Origin: Marispirochaeta sp.
GTDB taxonomy: Bacteria > Spirochaetota > Spirochaetia > JC444 > Marispirochaetaceae
DNA: 64,000 bases
Assembly (NCBI GenBank): GCA_963676835.2
Contig: CAXXFF010000003.1
Location: 288,001-352,000 of the forward strand
Direction of reading: 5' to 3'
The position numbers were made by a program, and so were the translations under genes. Position 1 is the first letter of the stretch. The number at the start of each line of letters is the position of its first letter. Below the pieces are notes generated by a model. It did not search any database and was not told where the DNA came from. It saw nothing but the letters and a program-made list of their open reading frames with translations. This document shows, piece by piece, positions 10,201 to 20,151 of the stretch.

Positions 10201-12296
10201 CAACAAGGTTTGGCAGTATTTCGGTCAGCCATGACTATTAGTATTCTTCCAAGTGCCAAGGGGCGACGCTTTACCGATGGCGATTTTTCTTCCTTAAAGG
10301 AACACTATAGGGAACGAAATTTCCAAATACATGTAATGAATCGCTATGCATCGCTTGGGTTAGATAAGATTCAGGATGCACTTAATATGGTTATCGCGTA
10401 TTTCACCATGGAAAAAACAGAGTTTGTAGAACGCTATTTCCCGGGTGATGAGGAAATGCTTGATCGAGCTACCAGCGCTGAATCATACCAAAAAATTGTT
10501 GATGAACTAAAAAATGGGGTTCAGGTTGCAGTCGTATCCGCAAAAAAAGATAAAAACATGCTGGTATTGGCAGGTCCTGGTTCTGGCAAAACACGGGTGA
10601 TTGCTCATCGTTGTGCCTATCTTTTACGAGTTGAGCGGGTACGCCCACGGGAAATTCTTGTTGTATGCTTTAACCGTGCAGCAGCAATGATTCTAAGACA
10701 ACGCATTTTTGACTTGGTAGGTAAAGATGCTGCAGGTGTTACTATCCAGACATATCATGGGTTGGCAATGCGCCTGACTGGGAAATCCCTATCTGCACAT
10801 CTTGAGAATAGCAAAGAAAGTTTCGACTTAGACTCTCTTATTCCTCAGGCAACTGCTATGCTTCGAGGAGAGTGTGATATTCCAGGGCTTGAACGAGATG
10901 AAATGAGAGAGCGCTTGTTGGCTGGCTATCAGCATATTTTGATTGATGAATACCAGGACATAATGAAGATGCCAAACTTTCCATCCTGGCAGTTGGTGAC
11001 GATGATCAAAGTATCTATGCATTTAGAGGCGCCAATGTTCGGTTTATCCGTCAATTTGAAGAAGATTATGGTGCACAACTTCATTATCTGGTGGAAAATT
11101 ATCGGTCAACACAGAATATCATTGATGTTTCAAATAAGCTAATCGCTCTAAATCAGGATAGAATGAAGACAGAACATCCTATTCAGATAAACCATACCCG
11201 CAAAATGGAACCACACGGTAAATTAATATGTATCGCACACTGTTCTGATGCTTTACATCAGGCACGCCATGTCCTAAAAGAAATCACCAACTTAGTCAGT
11301 ACAGGTGAAAGTATTGCTGTCTTATCTCGCACAAACAAAGAACTAAATCCCATCCGTGCAGCTTTAGAATTTGGAGGAATCCCCTCCTCTGTAGCAGCTG
11401 AGAAAAACAAGGGAATTCCCTTTCATAGATTAAGAGAGTTCTTGGCATTAATAAATCAAATAAAAGAGTTAAAGCAAAAGGCTATAACAGCAGAAGAGTT
11501 ACGAGTATTATTTAATCAAGGTAAAAACAACCATCATGGAAACGTCTGGTCTACCTTGCTTGATACAATCCTTGCACAGTGGAAGGATGAAACTCATAAT
11601 AATGCAACCACACCTGTTGAAGCATTAGATTTTCTCTATGAGTCTATTCAAGAATACCAACACAATGGTTCTCAGGAAAATTCAATTTATCTCTCAACAG
11701 TATACGCAGCAAAGGGGTTAGAGTTTGATCATGTATTCATCCTGGGCAATTGGACTCATCAACAAAATCGAGAGAAACAGGAGGAGGAACGTCGTCCATA
11801 CTATGTAGGCATGACCAGGGCACGAAAGACATTAACCTTGTATGAATTAGCGAATATTCAGAATCCCCATACCTCTGAGCTACACGGGTCGGCAATTAAA
11901 CATCTTGATATAGGGGCATTACCTGGTCCATCTGAAGAAACACTGAGGCAATGTTATTCAACCCTTGATCTTTCTTCAATTTGGATCGGGTTTCCTGTAA
12001 CAGGACCAAAGGCTACTCTTATCCGAAGTGATATATCTAAGCTGCAACCTGGTGAGATTGTATCGCTGACCAAAGCAAAAACAAGTGATCGTATCTTCAT
12101 CAACAACACTGAAGGCAATCGAGTTGGTGCGTTATCTATGGATGCTAGCCTAAAATGGGGAGAACGCATAGAAATGATCCAATCAGTTAAGATTCATGCT
12201 ATCATCTCATGGCGTAAAGAATTCTCTGAGATAGCCACAGAGGAGTGCCCTGATGAGTGGGAAGTTCCTTTGATAGAAATTACATGGATAGAATAA
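7243..12296 (+). pseudogene. Disrupted DEDD exonuclease-like + RecQ helicase + UvrD helicase fusion (~1680 codons)
   Basis: In-frame ATG 7243 with LLLDLET and GHNIVDHD motifs. In-frame TAA at 7342-7344. RecQ motifs PTGGGKS, DEAH, ATNAFGMGIDK, QEAGRAGRD. UvrD motifs AGPGSGKT and DEYQD, then a frameshift near 10961 to AVGDDDQSIYAFRGA, ENYRS, AKGLEF and YVGMTRA. Confidence 0.85.
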
Positions 12297-12401
12297 GTAT
12301 ATTGGGACTTATCATAGTTAACTGAAGTAGCCATGGTTATAGAGCCAGTCCCCTGGTCTTGAGGTGATTTCCCTGTCATAATTTTAACTTAAGGAGTGGG
12401 A

Positions 12402-14321
12402 ATGACTAAAGAATCCATCTTCACGACTTTGAAAAAACAGTTCGGCTTTGATGCTTTTCGCGAAGGTCAAGAAGCAGTTATTTCTCGTATTCTTCAAGGA
12501 AAATCAACAGCGGCAATTTTCCCCACAGGTTCAGGAAAGTCTCTCTGTTATCAACTTACGGCGGTAATGCTGCCTGGATTGACTATAGTAGTTTCTCCGC
12601 TGCTGTCGCTGATGCACGATCAACTCACTTTCCTAAAGTCAAAGGGAATTGCTGCGGCTTCCCTCGACTCCACTCTCAGCCGTGATGAATACAACAACAT
12701 TCTTAAACTAGCGGAAGATGGGGCATACAAAATTTTAATGATATCTGTGGAAAGATTCCGCAACGAAAGATTCCGATATCATCTTACAAAAATGGATATT
12801 TCTCTTCTTACAGTAGACGAAGCGCACTGCATTTCAGAGTGGGGGCACAACTTCCGCCCCGAATATCTAAAGTTAGCGCACTACGCCAACGAGTTTAATA
12901 TACCTCAGGTGCTTCTGTTAACAGCTACAGCCACAGTAGAAGTGGCAAACGACATGTGTCAAAAGTTTGGCATATCAAGCGAAGATTGCATACGAACCGG
13001 GTTTTACCGGAAAAATCTCTATATCGGTATGACTCCAGTCGCAGAAGATCAAAAACTAAATCTTCTTAAACTGCGGATAGCTGATAATAGTGGAAGTATG
13101 ATTGTCTATGTGACCCTACAGCACACTGCAGACGAAATAGCAAGCAAACTGACTGCGGCAGGGATATCTACAGCATCCTATCACGCGGGTATGGACAATG
13201 AGGCTCGAAAAGATGTTCAAGACCGGTTTATGAACAGCAAAATTCAGGTGGTGGTGGCAACAATCGCTTTCGGTATGGGAATAGATAAGAGTGATATCCG
13301 CGGGGTGATTCACTATGATCTTCCTAAATCTATTGAAAACTACTCCCAGGAAATTGGACGAGCCGGCCGTGATGGGAAATTAGCCCGCTGTGAACTCTTC
13401 GGATGCGGTGATAACATTCCAGTACTGGAGAACTTCGTTTATGGGGATACCCCTGACAAAGAGTCTATCGCCGTTGTTCTGAAGCAGATAGTCGAAGCAG
13501 GAAGTCAGTGGGAAACTCAGATCTATACCCTTAGCAGGGACAGCAATATCCGCGAACTACCGTTGAAGACGTTGTTGGTGCATCTCGAAATGGAAGGGAT
13601 TATTACACCTTTGTTGACATATTTCGGCGAGTACAAATTCAAGACAGATCTTACCGGCTCTGAGATTCTGAAAAATTTCAGCGGCGAACCGCAAAAATTC
13701 CTGAGACAGCTGTTCGGTTATGCTAATAAAAAAAAAGTATGGATATCGCTCGACATACAACGATTCTGTGCAGAAACGGGAGCAGATCGAAAAAGGGCGG
13801 TAGCTGCCCTCGAATATTGTGACAATCTCAATCTGATAGAGCTCTCCGTAACACGCGCAATCGATATGTACCGGGTTAATACTGTCCTTATAGACATCAC
13901 TGTACTTGCTGAAAAAATGGCAACTCATTTTACACAAAAAGAAGCACAGGAGATCAGGCGTATAAATCAGATGATCGATTTCTTTGAACAAAATAACTGC
14001 CTATCCTCTGAACTTTCCAGTTACTTCGGCCAGAAACTTCCTAACCCATGCGGACATTGCTCTGTATGCAATGGTAAAGAGGGGAAGATGATCCGAAATA
14101 ATGCGAAAAAGGTTACTACACAGAGAATTGCATCCTATGTATTGGATTTTAAATCAGCAGCGGCAGAATGGTGTTCTCCGGAAACTGCAACGCGCTATCT
14201 CTGCGGCATCGCAATGCCTATAACCAACCGTTTAAAATTGAAACAGCTCAAAGGGTTTGGGATTTGCGAATCAATGCCGTATGCGAATGTTCTCCAGGCG
14301 GTAAAACAGATTATTTCATAG
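12402..14321 (+). CDS. RecQ-family ATP-dependent DNA helicase (no obvious HRDC domain)
   Basis: PTGSGKSLCYQL, DEAHCISEWGHNFRPEY, ATIAFGMGIDK, QEIGRAGRDG, C..CGHCSVC zinc site. ATG 12402 follows AAGGAG. Confidence 0.92.
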   Translation: MTKESIFTTLKKQFGFDAFREGQEAVISRILQGKSTAAIFPTGSGKSLCYQLTAVMLPGLTIVVSPLLSLMHDQLTFLKSKGIAAASLDSTLSRDEYNNILKLAEDGAYKILMISVERFRNERFRYHLTKMDISLLTVDEAHCISEWGHNFRPEYLKLAHYANEFNIPQVLLLTATATVEVANDMCQKFGISSEDCIRTGFYRKNLYIGMTPVAEDQKLNLLKLRIADNSGSMIVYVTLQHTADEIASKLTAAGISTASYHAGMDNEARKDVQDRFMNSKIQVVVATIAFGMGIDKSDIRGVIHYDLPKSIENYSQEIGRAGRDGKLARCELFGCGDNIPVLENFVYGDTPDKESIAVVLKQIVEAGSQWETQIYTLSRDSNIRELPLKTLLVHLEMEGIITPLLTYFGEYKFKTDLTGSEILKNFSGEPQKFLRQLFGYANKKKVWISLDIQRFCAETGADRKRAVAALEYCDNLNLIELSVTRAIDMYRVNTVLIDITVLAEKMATHFTQKEAQEIRRINQMIDFFEQNNCLSSELSSYFGQKLPNPCGHCSVCNGKEGKMIRNNAKKVTTQRIASYVLDFKSAAAEWCSPETATRYLCGIAMPITNRLKLKQLKGFGICESMPYANVLQAVKQIIS

Positions 14322-14572
14322 ATTACAACCGGGATAACCCTTAATCTGGATTGTATAGTACACCACGTTCAAAGCCTTGGGCGGTCTGAACTGAACCACC
14401 CCAAGGGAATCGGATCCTGTTTTTTTGAGTCTGCACAATTAATTATTAGAGCATTATGTACTATTTTCCAGTACATTCTACACCACATATAGTATCAAAT
14501 ACTATTAAAAAACTGATAACGCCTATTTATCTTGACTTTCTATTGTATTAATATCACATCACATCAAAATGT

Positions 14573-14621
14573 TAGGATCCACCACAATTCGCTTGTACTG
14601 TGGTAGATTCTATCATATAAT
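14573..14621 (+). promoter_or_regulatory. abiE promoter (TTGTAC-17-TATAAT) overlapped by a 14-bp imperfect inverted repeat (candidate AbiEi operator)
   Basis: -35 at 14593-14598, -10 at 14616-14621; TAGGATCCACCACA / TGTGGTAGATTCTA arms match 12/14. Confidence 0.7.
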
Positions 14622-14626
14622 AAAGA

Positions 14627-15226
14627 GTGGATCAGAAGACCAAAAGTAAAATTGAAGCTTATTTTAAAGAACATGAAGGCATTGCACGTACCTCGGGATT
14701 CCAAAGAAACGGATTTCATAATTCTTATCTAACAGAATTAGTCGAAGAAGGATATCTTATCCGACTGAAAGCTGGACTCTATCTCATGGCAGAGAAGCAG
14801 AGTGTTTCCGGATTCCATGAAATCCAAATATCAATTCCTTCTGCTGTAATATGCCTCGCATCGGCACTGTCTGTTTATGAGCTTACTACTTATGAACCAC
14901 CAGCAGTACACATCGCTATACCAAGGGATGATAGAACCTCACCTCCCGACTATCCACCTGTGAGGAAGTTTTCTTTCGGAAAAAAACGATATACATTGGG
15001 GATGACTAAAATTGAAATTGAAGGCAAAGAAATCGCTATATATGACAAGGAAAAAACAATCTGTGATAGTATTCGTTATCGACGAGTACTCGGCCAGGAC
15101 ATTGTAAATGAAGCTGTTCGAAAATACCTTGGCAGCCAGAGAACTAATATAGACAAGCTTATCGAGTACTCACGAATCCTCAAGTCCGAAGGTCCTCTAC
15201 AGACCCATTTAAAACTTATGGCATGA
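14627..15226 (+). CDS. abiEi: Type IV TA antitoxin AbiEi
   Basis: N-terminal wHTH (LIRLKAGLY), ICLASALSVYELTT..P, IYDKEKTICD; overlaps the toxin by ATGA. Confidence 0.88.
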   Translation: MDQKTKSKIEAYFKEHEGIARTSGFQRNGFHNSYLTELVEEGYLIRLKAGLYLMAEKQSVSGFHEIQISIPSAVICLASALSVYELTTYEPPAVHIAIPRDDRTSPPDYPPVRKFSFGKKRYTLGMTKIEIEGKEIAIYDKEKTICDSIRYRRVLGQDIVNEAVRKYLGSQRTNIDKLIEYSRILKSEGPLQTHLKLMA

Positions 15227-16095
15227 AAAACATATCAGCTTCAATCAGAGCAAAACTACTTAACAAGGCAAAGGAAGAACATATTCCATTTCAGCGAATT
15301 CTCACCCTTTACAAGCAGGAAGGCTTACTACATCGCATTGTAATGACAAAGAACAGTAACGAGATTGTTCTTAAAGGTGGGCTTCTTTTCTTTCAACTCC
15401 AGGGACTATCCGCCCGCCCTACAAAAGACATTGATCTTTTAGGATCAAAAATAAATCATACTGAAACTAAGTTGCGAGAATTACTAATAGATGTTTGTGG
15501 GATAAATCTTGACGATGGACTTCAGTTTGATATTTCATCGATTGAATTTAGCCCTATTACAGGCCAGACAGATCATGGTGGAATCAGAGGCTGGATAACA
15601 GCATTTCTCGGCGAATCCCGCACCAGACTTCAATTAGATATGGGATTCGGAGATGTCATCACTGGCGGTCCGTTGATCAGACCTTATCGAACTCTTCTTG
15701 GAAATCGCTCTTTCTTTATTCAGACCTATTCTGACGAGACCGTGGCGGCGGAAAAACTTGAAGCTCTGGTCTCTCTCGGTACAATAAACAGCCGTTATAA
15801 GGATATCTATGATCTATATGAACTTCTCATAGAATCAAAATTAACTAAAGATAAGGTGATTGCAGCTGCATGCAACACATTTATTAACAGAAATACTTTT
15901 TTGCCTGAGATTCCAGAGAGCCTGACCGAACCTTATTGGGCTTCATCTTCATTTATAACCGATTGGAGTCGCTACCTTAAACGAATTGCGGCTACCGAGC
16001 CAACACAAGATCAATTAATAAAAAACCTTCTTCCAAAATTACAGAATATCTACAGCGTTATAAGAGAGAAGGTGCTTAAGCAAAGGCTTAATTAA
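15223..16095 (+). CDS. abiEii: Type IV TA toxin AbiEii nucleotidyltransferase
   Basis: ASIRAKLLN, VLKGG, RPTKDIDL, AEKLEA, NSRYKDIYD motifs. Confidence 0.9.
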   Translation: MKNISASIRAKLLNKAKEEHIPFQRILTLYKQEGLLHRIVMTKNSNEIVLKGGLLFFQLQGLSARPTKDIDLLGSKINHTETKLRELLIDVCGINLDDGLQFDISSIEFSPITGQTDHGGIRGWITAFLGESRTRLQLDMGFGDVITGGPLIRPYRTLLGNRSFFIQTYSDETVAAEKLEALVSLGTINSRYKDIYDLYELLIESKLTKDKVIAAACNTFINRNTFLPEIPESLTEPYWASSSFITDWSRYLKRIAATEPTQDQLIKNLLPKLQNIYSVIREKVLKQRLN

Positions 16096-16145
16096 AACGC
16101 CCATAAGTAATCAGGAAAGCCGTATACGGCCTTCAGTCATGCAAT

Positions 16146-16174
16146 TTGACAATCAGATACCCCGGGTATAGTAT
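16146..16174 (+). promoter_or_regulatory. Sigma70-type promoter for the secreted orphan gene
   Basis: TTGACA-17-TAGTAT. Confidence 0.6.
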
Positions 16175-16214
16175 GTAATCGCTCTTGTTTCACATACACA
16201 TAGGGGGCTGCGGT

Positions 16215-17840
16215 ATGGGGAAATTTTTTGCTGTTTTTTGCCTCTGTCTTCTTCCTTTCCAGCTGTATGCCCGCGACATTGATGTTGGGTCGCCGCACTA
16301 TTGGGAAGTTCTTAACGTCGACCGTCCGAACAGAAGCCCGTATGCCGATCCGGAGTCGTTAACCGCCACCGATATTTCAGGTGAGGAGATTTTCAGCTTA
16401 CCTCTCCGCCTGACGAATCTGCGCAACGTTCGCAGCAGCCGCAACATCTCGGAGCTTCCGAACTGGAACGGGAACTATAACTTCGGGTGGATATTCGACA
16501 ACGCCTCGAATGTTTCACCCCATGATTACGAGCGGGACTGGGGACATGAAGGATGTGGATCTGACAATTTCTTCGGCAGAAGCATATTTCTCAATGTTTA
16601 CGATCCCGACTACAAGGCATTTTCGTTCCACAAATACATCCAGGGGGAGGACATTGAAGTCACCCAGCCGAAGATGGTGGACTTCTCTCGCCTGGGAACA
16701 CCGGGAAAAAACTTCCGTATCCTGGTTTCCACGAGTCCGTACTACCCCAATGGTTCCGGAGAGCTTCTGCTCTTCATTCCCTACCTAAACGGCTTGCGGA
16801 TCATAAACGTAGGGGGCCGGTTGGTACGAATCCCTTACGATGAACGGAGCAGTTCGAACTACGATCCCGGCCGAGTGGATCCCGGGGATGGAAGGACATC
16901 AGGAATCTGCCTTGTATTTCATCCCATCAGCACCGATACTCCCCATGACATCTATCCCCAGAAAAATGATAAAACCGTCATGGACGGCGCCGCAATGTCG
17001 TCCTTCCGCAACAAATCCATCGTGGAGTATTCCGAAGAACAAGGGGCCGATCTCTTTGCCGTGGACTGGGGATACCAGGGCTACTACGAAGAGTATGAAG
17101 ACATCGTCACTGAGAATCTCGCACCTCTTCTGAATGAAGACTGCCGCTGCATCAACAGTTCCTATGATGTCGTCGGATACAACGGGACGACGATTTTCCA
17201 GATGAGCTGTCGGGACCGGGCCGCCGGTCAGGCTCCTGTAGAAGTTCTTCAGAGTCTCGACCTGACCGAGCATTTTATCCTCATCAACGGAAAAGTCCCC
17301 TTCTTCGACGGCTCACAGCCTGGACTCTTTAATGGAGCCGACATCGGCTACGCCTATTCCTATGCTGTGAAAAACCAGGATTTCACGTCGGCGAAAATCA
17401 GGAATGGATCGAACGGGAATATTCTGGCCCTCACCCACTATCCCAGGGGCCCGCTGAGCATCAGTCCCCAGGACGTCCAGGGTCGCTACATCGTCGCAAC
17501 CCTGGGGTTCAGCAGGGAAGCAGCGGAATCCCAGATTGCCACAGCTATTTCGACAATAAGCCACCCTAAAGGAAGAATCATATCCGCTTTAAGAGAACTC
17601 CCTATAGAACTGCCGGAATCAGTTAACGTTGATATTCAGGAAGCCCCGATGGATGACTATACCATTCTGGAAGCAGCCAGGAGCGCCGAAGGCGGGTGGG
17701 TCATACTCGCTGAATGCCCCATGGAGGACATCATGACATCAGTCGTGGAACCAGCGCTGACAAGGCATCGCAACAAGATCTCTCCTCCACTCAATGTACC
17801 GGCCCTGATGGACCGGCTCCGTGAGACTCTGTTTAACTGA
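16215..17840 (+). CDS. Hypothetical secreted protein (~541 aa)
   Basis: Long ORF; signal peptide MGKFFAVFCLCLLPFQLYA from ATG 16215; visibly more GC-rich than the flanks; no family recognised. Confidence 0.75.
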   Translation: MGKFFAVFCLCLLPFQLYARDIDVGSPHYWEVLNVDRPNRSPYADPESLTATDISGEEIFSLPLRLTNLRNVRSSRNISELPNWNGNYNFGWIFDNASNVSPHDYERDWGHEGCGSDNFFGRSIFLNVYDPDYKAFSFHKYIQGEDIEVTQPKMVDFSRLGTPGKNFRILVSTSPYYPNGSGELLLFIPYLNGLRIINVGGRLVRIPYDERSSSNYDPGRVDPGDGRTSGICLVFHPISTDTPHDIYPQKNDKTVMDGAAMSSFRNKSIVEYSEEQGADLFAVDWGYQGYYEEYEDIVTENLAPLLNEDCRCINSSYDVVGYNGTTIFQMSCRDRAAGQAPVEVLQSLDLTEHFILINGKVPFFDGSQPGLFNGADIGYAYSYAVKNQDFTSAKIRNGSNGNILALTHYPRGPLSISPQDVQGRYIVATLGFSREAAESQIATAISTISHPKGRIISALRELPIELPESVNVDIQEAPMDDYTILEAARSAEGGWVILAECPMEDIMTSVVEPALTRHRNKISPPLNVPALMDRLRETLFN

Positions 17841-17895
17841 CACATCGGGATGAAAAAAACGTAACCGTCAATTAAACCTCACCCAGAGAAAAAAA

Positions 17896-19416
17896 TCAGA
17901 GGGAAATATTCCATGGCAGCAATTTTTCCCAGTTATCAGATTCATTCATGAGTGGAGCTTCCTCAAAAACGCGTCTCAGGTAGTCGTTCGGGTTCACATT
18001 ATTTTGTTTGGCTGTCTCAATCAGTGAATACATGGCACAGGAACTTTCAGCCCCCTTTGGACTACCGGAAAATAACCAGTTCTTTCGGCCCAGCACAAAT
18101 GGCCGGATGGCCTGCTCCGCGCTATTGTTGTCCGGCGTCAGATAAGGCGAATCAAGGTAGTGTACCAGTTTCTCCCATTCGTTCAAGGTGTACTGAATTG
18201 CTTTCCCAAGCAATAACGAAGGAGGAACCTGCTGACTGCGTTTTTCAAGCCAGGTTCTAAACTTCTGCAAAACCGGTTCCGCCTGAGATTTGCGCTGGTC
18301 AACAAACTGGTCTTCGGGCAATTCCATACTGCGAAGACGCTCTTCAATTCCATACAGTTTCCTGATGGCATTCAATGCTTCCTGTGCACTTGCTGCTTTC
18401 TTCGAAGCTTTTGCAGCTTCATGAAACTTTCGCCGGACATGGGCCATGCAGCCGACATGGACTATCTGTTCATTCCCCACCAGGGCTGTACGATACGCAT
18501 CATAGCCGTCGGTCTGTAAAAAGCCGCTGAATCCATCGAGAAGTTCTTTAATATGTCGGGACCCCCGGGTTTCCCGGTATGAGTAAAGCAATCCCGGGTT
18601 TTCCGGAGGGCCGCCGCGGGCAAGCCACATATAGGATTTCGCCGTGTCTGGGCGTTCCGGTTCTCCGTGTACCTGGACCGGGGTTTCATCCATGTTGATG
18701 ACCGGCCCTGACCGGATATGCATTTTCAGAGTCTCAATTAAAGGTTCAATCTTTTCATACGTCATCTGCTGCCAGTTGCTCATGTTCTGACGGCTTATGT
18801 GGATGCCGATCCGCTCAAATCGTTTCTCCTGCCGGTAATAGGGCAGATGATCTACAAATTTATTCACTATGATGAAGGAGAGCAATCCAGGCGTTACAAT
18901 GCTTTTAGGGATGATACTTGCAGGGGGGGCAGCAACCCTTACTGCCGGCTTCTCTTCATCCCCGGAGCCTTCACAGTTTTTACAGGCATACTTGGGGCGG
19001 ATAATCCGTTCCACCCACATCTTCGGGGGGATTACCTGTAAGCGCTCGCTGGTCTCTTCGCCGATACGAACCAGCGCATGGCCGCAGGCACACTGTTTTT
19101 CTTCTTCGGGAATATCAATGATGATCTCATCCCGGGGAAGGCTTTCATCAATTGGTTTTCTGCCGTATTTCCTGCGGGGATGGGACTGAACTGGTACGGA
19201 AGTCTCTGATGCATCGTTCTCCGAAGTACCATTCTCTTCAAGTCCGAACAACAGCGGTTGATACTCATCCTGTTGTTCTTTTTCACTTTTACGGCCAAAT
19301 TTCTGAAGAAGAAGCAATTTGTACTGCTCTTCCAAGGCACCATAACGCTGCTCCCAGGAACTATTAAGTTCGTGGATATAGTCCTGTACTTCCCTGGGAA
19401 GTTCTGTAACATCCAT
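17896..19416 (-). CDS. tnpC: IS66 transposase TnpC
   Basis: Near-identical to 5592..7112. Confidence 0.97.
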   Translation of the reverse strand: MDVTELPREVQDYIHELNSSWEQRYGALEEQYKLLLLQKFGRKSEKEQQDEYQPLLFGLEENGTSENDASETSVPVQSHPRRKYGRKPIDESLPRDEIIIDIPEEEKQCACGHALVRIGEETSERLQVIPPKMWVERIIRPKYACKNCEGSGDEEKPAVRVAAPPASIIPKSIVTPGLLSFIIVNKFVDHLPYYRQEKRFERIGIHISRQNMSNWQQMTYEKIEPLIETLKMHIRSGPVINMDETPVQVHGEPERPDTAKSYMWLARGGPPENPGLLYSYRETRGSRHIKELLDGFSGFLQTDGYDAYRTALVGNEQIVHVGCMAHVRRKFHEAAKASKKAASAQEALNAIRKLYGIEERLRSMELPEDQFVDQRKSQAEPVLQKFRTWLEKRSQQVPPSLLLGKAIQYTLNEWEKLVHYLDSPYLTPDNNSAEQAIRPFVLGRKNWLFSGSPKGAESSCAMYSLIETAKQNNVNPNDYLRRVFEEAPLMNESDNWEKLLPWNISL

Positions 19417-19477
19417 GCTAATAAGAATTCTAGCATGCCGTACATTCTATGTAAATTCCTTTACACCAATAAAATGC

Positions 19478-19825
19478 TTAAGAAACCCGCGAATATTCCA
19501 AACTAGTATGTTCATTCCAAAAATCGATGCCTTTCAACAGCATCGATAGCTGTTCCGGGGTAATCATACGTGCAGTTTCTTCGGTTACGGGCCAGGGAAA
19601 CTTATGCTTTTCCAGTTTCTTCTGCCAGAGACAGAATCCGTTCTTGTCCCAGTAGAGGGCTTTCATAATTCGTCGTTCGCGGTTGCAGAACAGAAACAGA
19701 TTGCCGCTTAACGGATTTTCATTCATATAGTCCTGCACCATGACAACTAAGCCGTTGATTGCTTTACGCATATCAGTGATGCCTGGCCGGATAAATATCT
19801 GTACCGCTGATAAATCTGGGGTCAT
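19478..19825 (-). CDS. tnpB: IS66 TnpB
   Basis: Protein identical to 5183..5530. Confidence 0.95.
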   Translation of the reverse strand: MTPDLSAVQIFIRPGITDMRKAINGLVVMVQDYMNENPLSGNLFLFCNRERRIMKALYWDKNGFCLWQKKLEKHKFPWPVTEETARMITPEQLSMLLKGIDFWNEHTSLEYSRVS

Positions 19826-20151
19826 TCATAAACCCTCAAGGCTGTTAATACTGCTTTAAGCTGGTCATGGTTTGCTGTTACCGGCAGAGTAATAACAATA
19901 TCGTGCAACTTTATGGTAATGGTTTCTTTTTTGGATAAATGATGAAAAGAGCTTTTTACTGGTATGAACCGGGCTGCTGCTGTTTCAGAGCCTATTCCGG
20001 TTTGTACGGCACGTTTCCTTTCGGCTTTTTTCCAGCTGTAAAACGTTGTGGGTGGTATTTCGTGCTGCCGGCAATACTCCTGCCCGCTTAACCCGCTTTT
20101 TTCCCAATTTCTAAGATGTTCACACTGCTGTTCCCGGTTATATTTGACCAT
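19822..20151 (-). CDS. tnpA: IS66 TnpA (intact)
   Basis: WEKSGLSGQEYCRQHEI...FYSWKK HTH; GGAGG RBS. Confidence 0.92.
   Translation of the reverse strand: MVKYNREQQCEHLRNWEKSGLSGQEYCRQHEIPPTTFYSWKKAERKRAVQTGIGSETAAARFIPVKSSFHHLSKKETITIKLHDIVITLPVTANHDQLKAVLTALRVYE

Noticed and set aside
10955..11142. Programmed frameshift, or genuine two-gene split, of the RecQ-UvrD fusion
   Set aside because: There is no slippery heptamer, residues appear missing at the junction, and an additional nonsense codon and motif substitutions point to decay
14388..14425. TGAACTGAACCACCCCAAGGG (and GAACCGCCCCGCCCCCAAGG near 21607), resembling IS3-family ends
   Set aside because: No partner inverted repeat, target duplication or transposase remnant was found; too short to support
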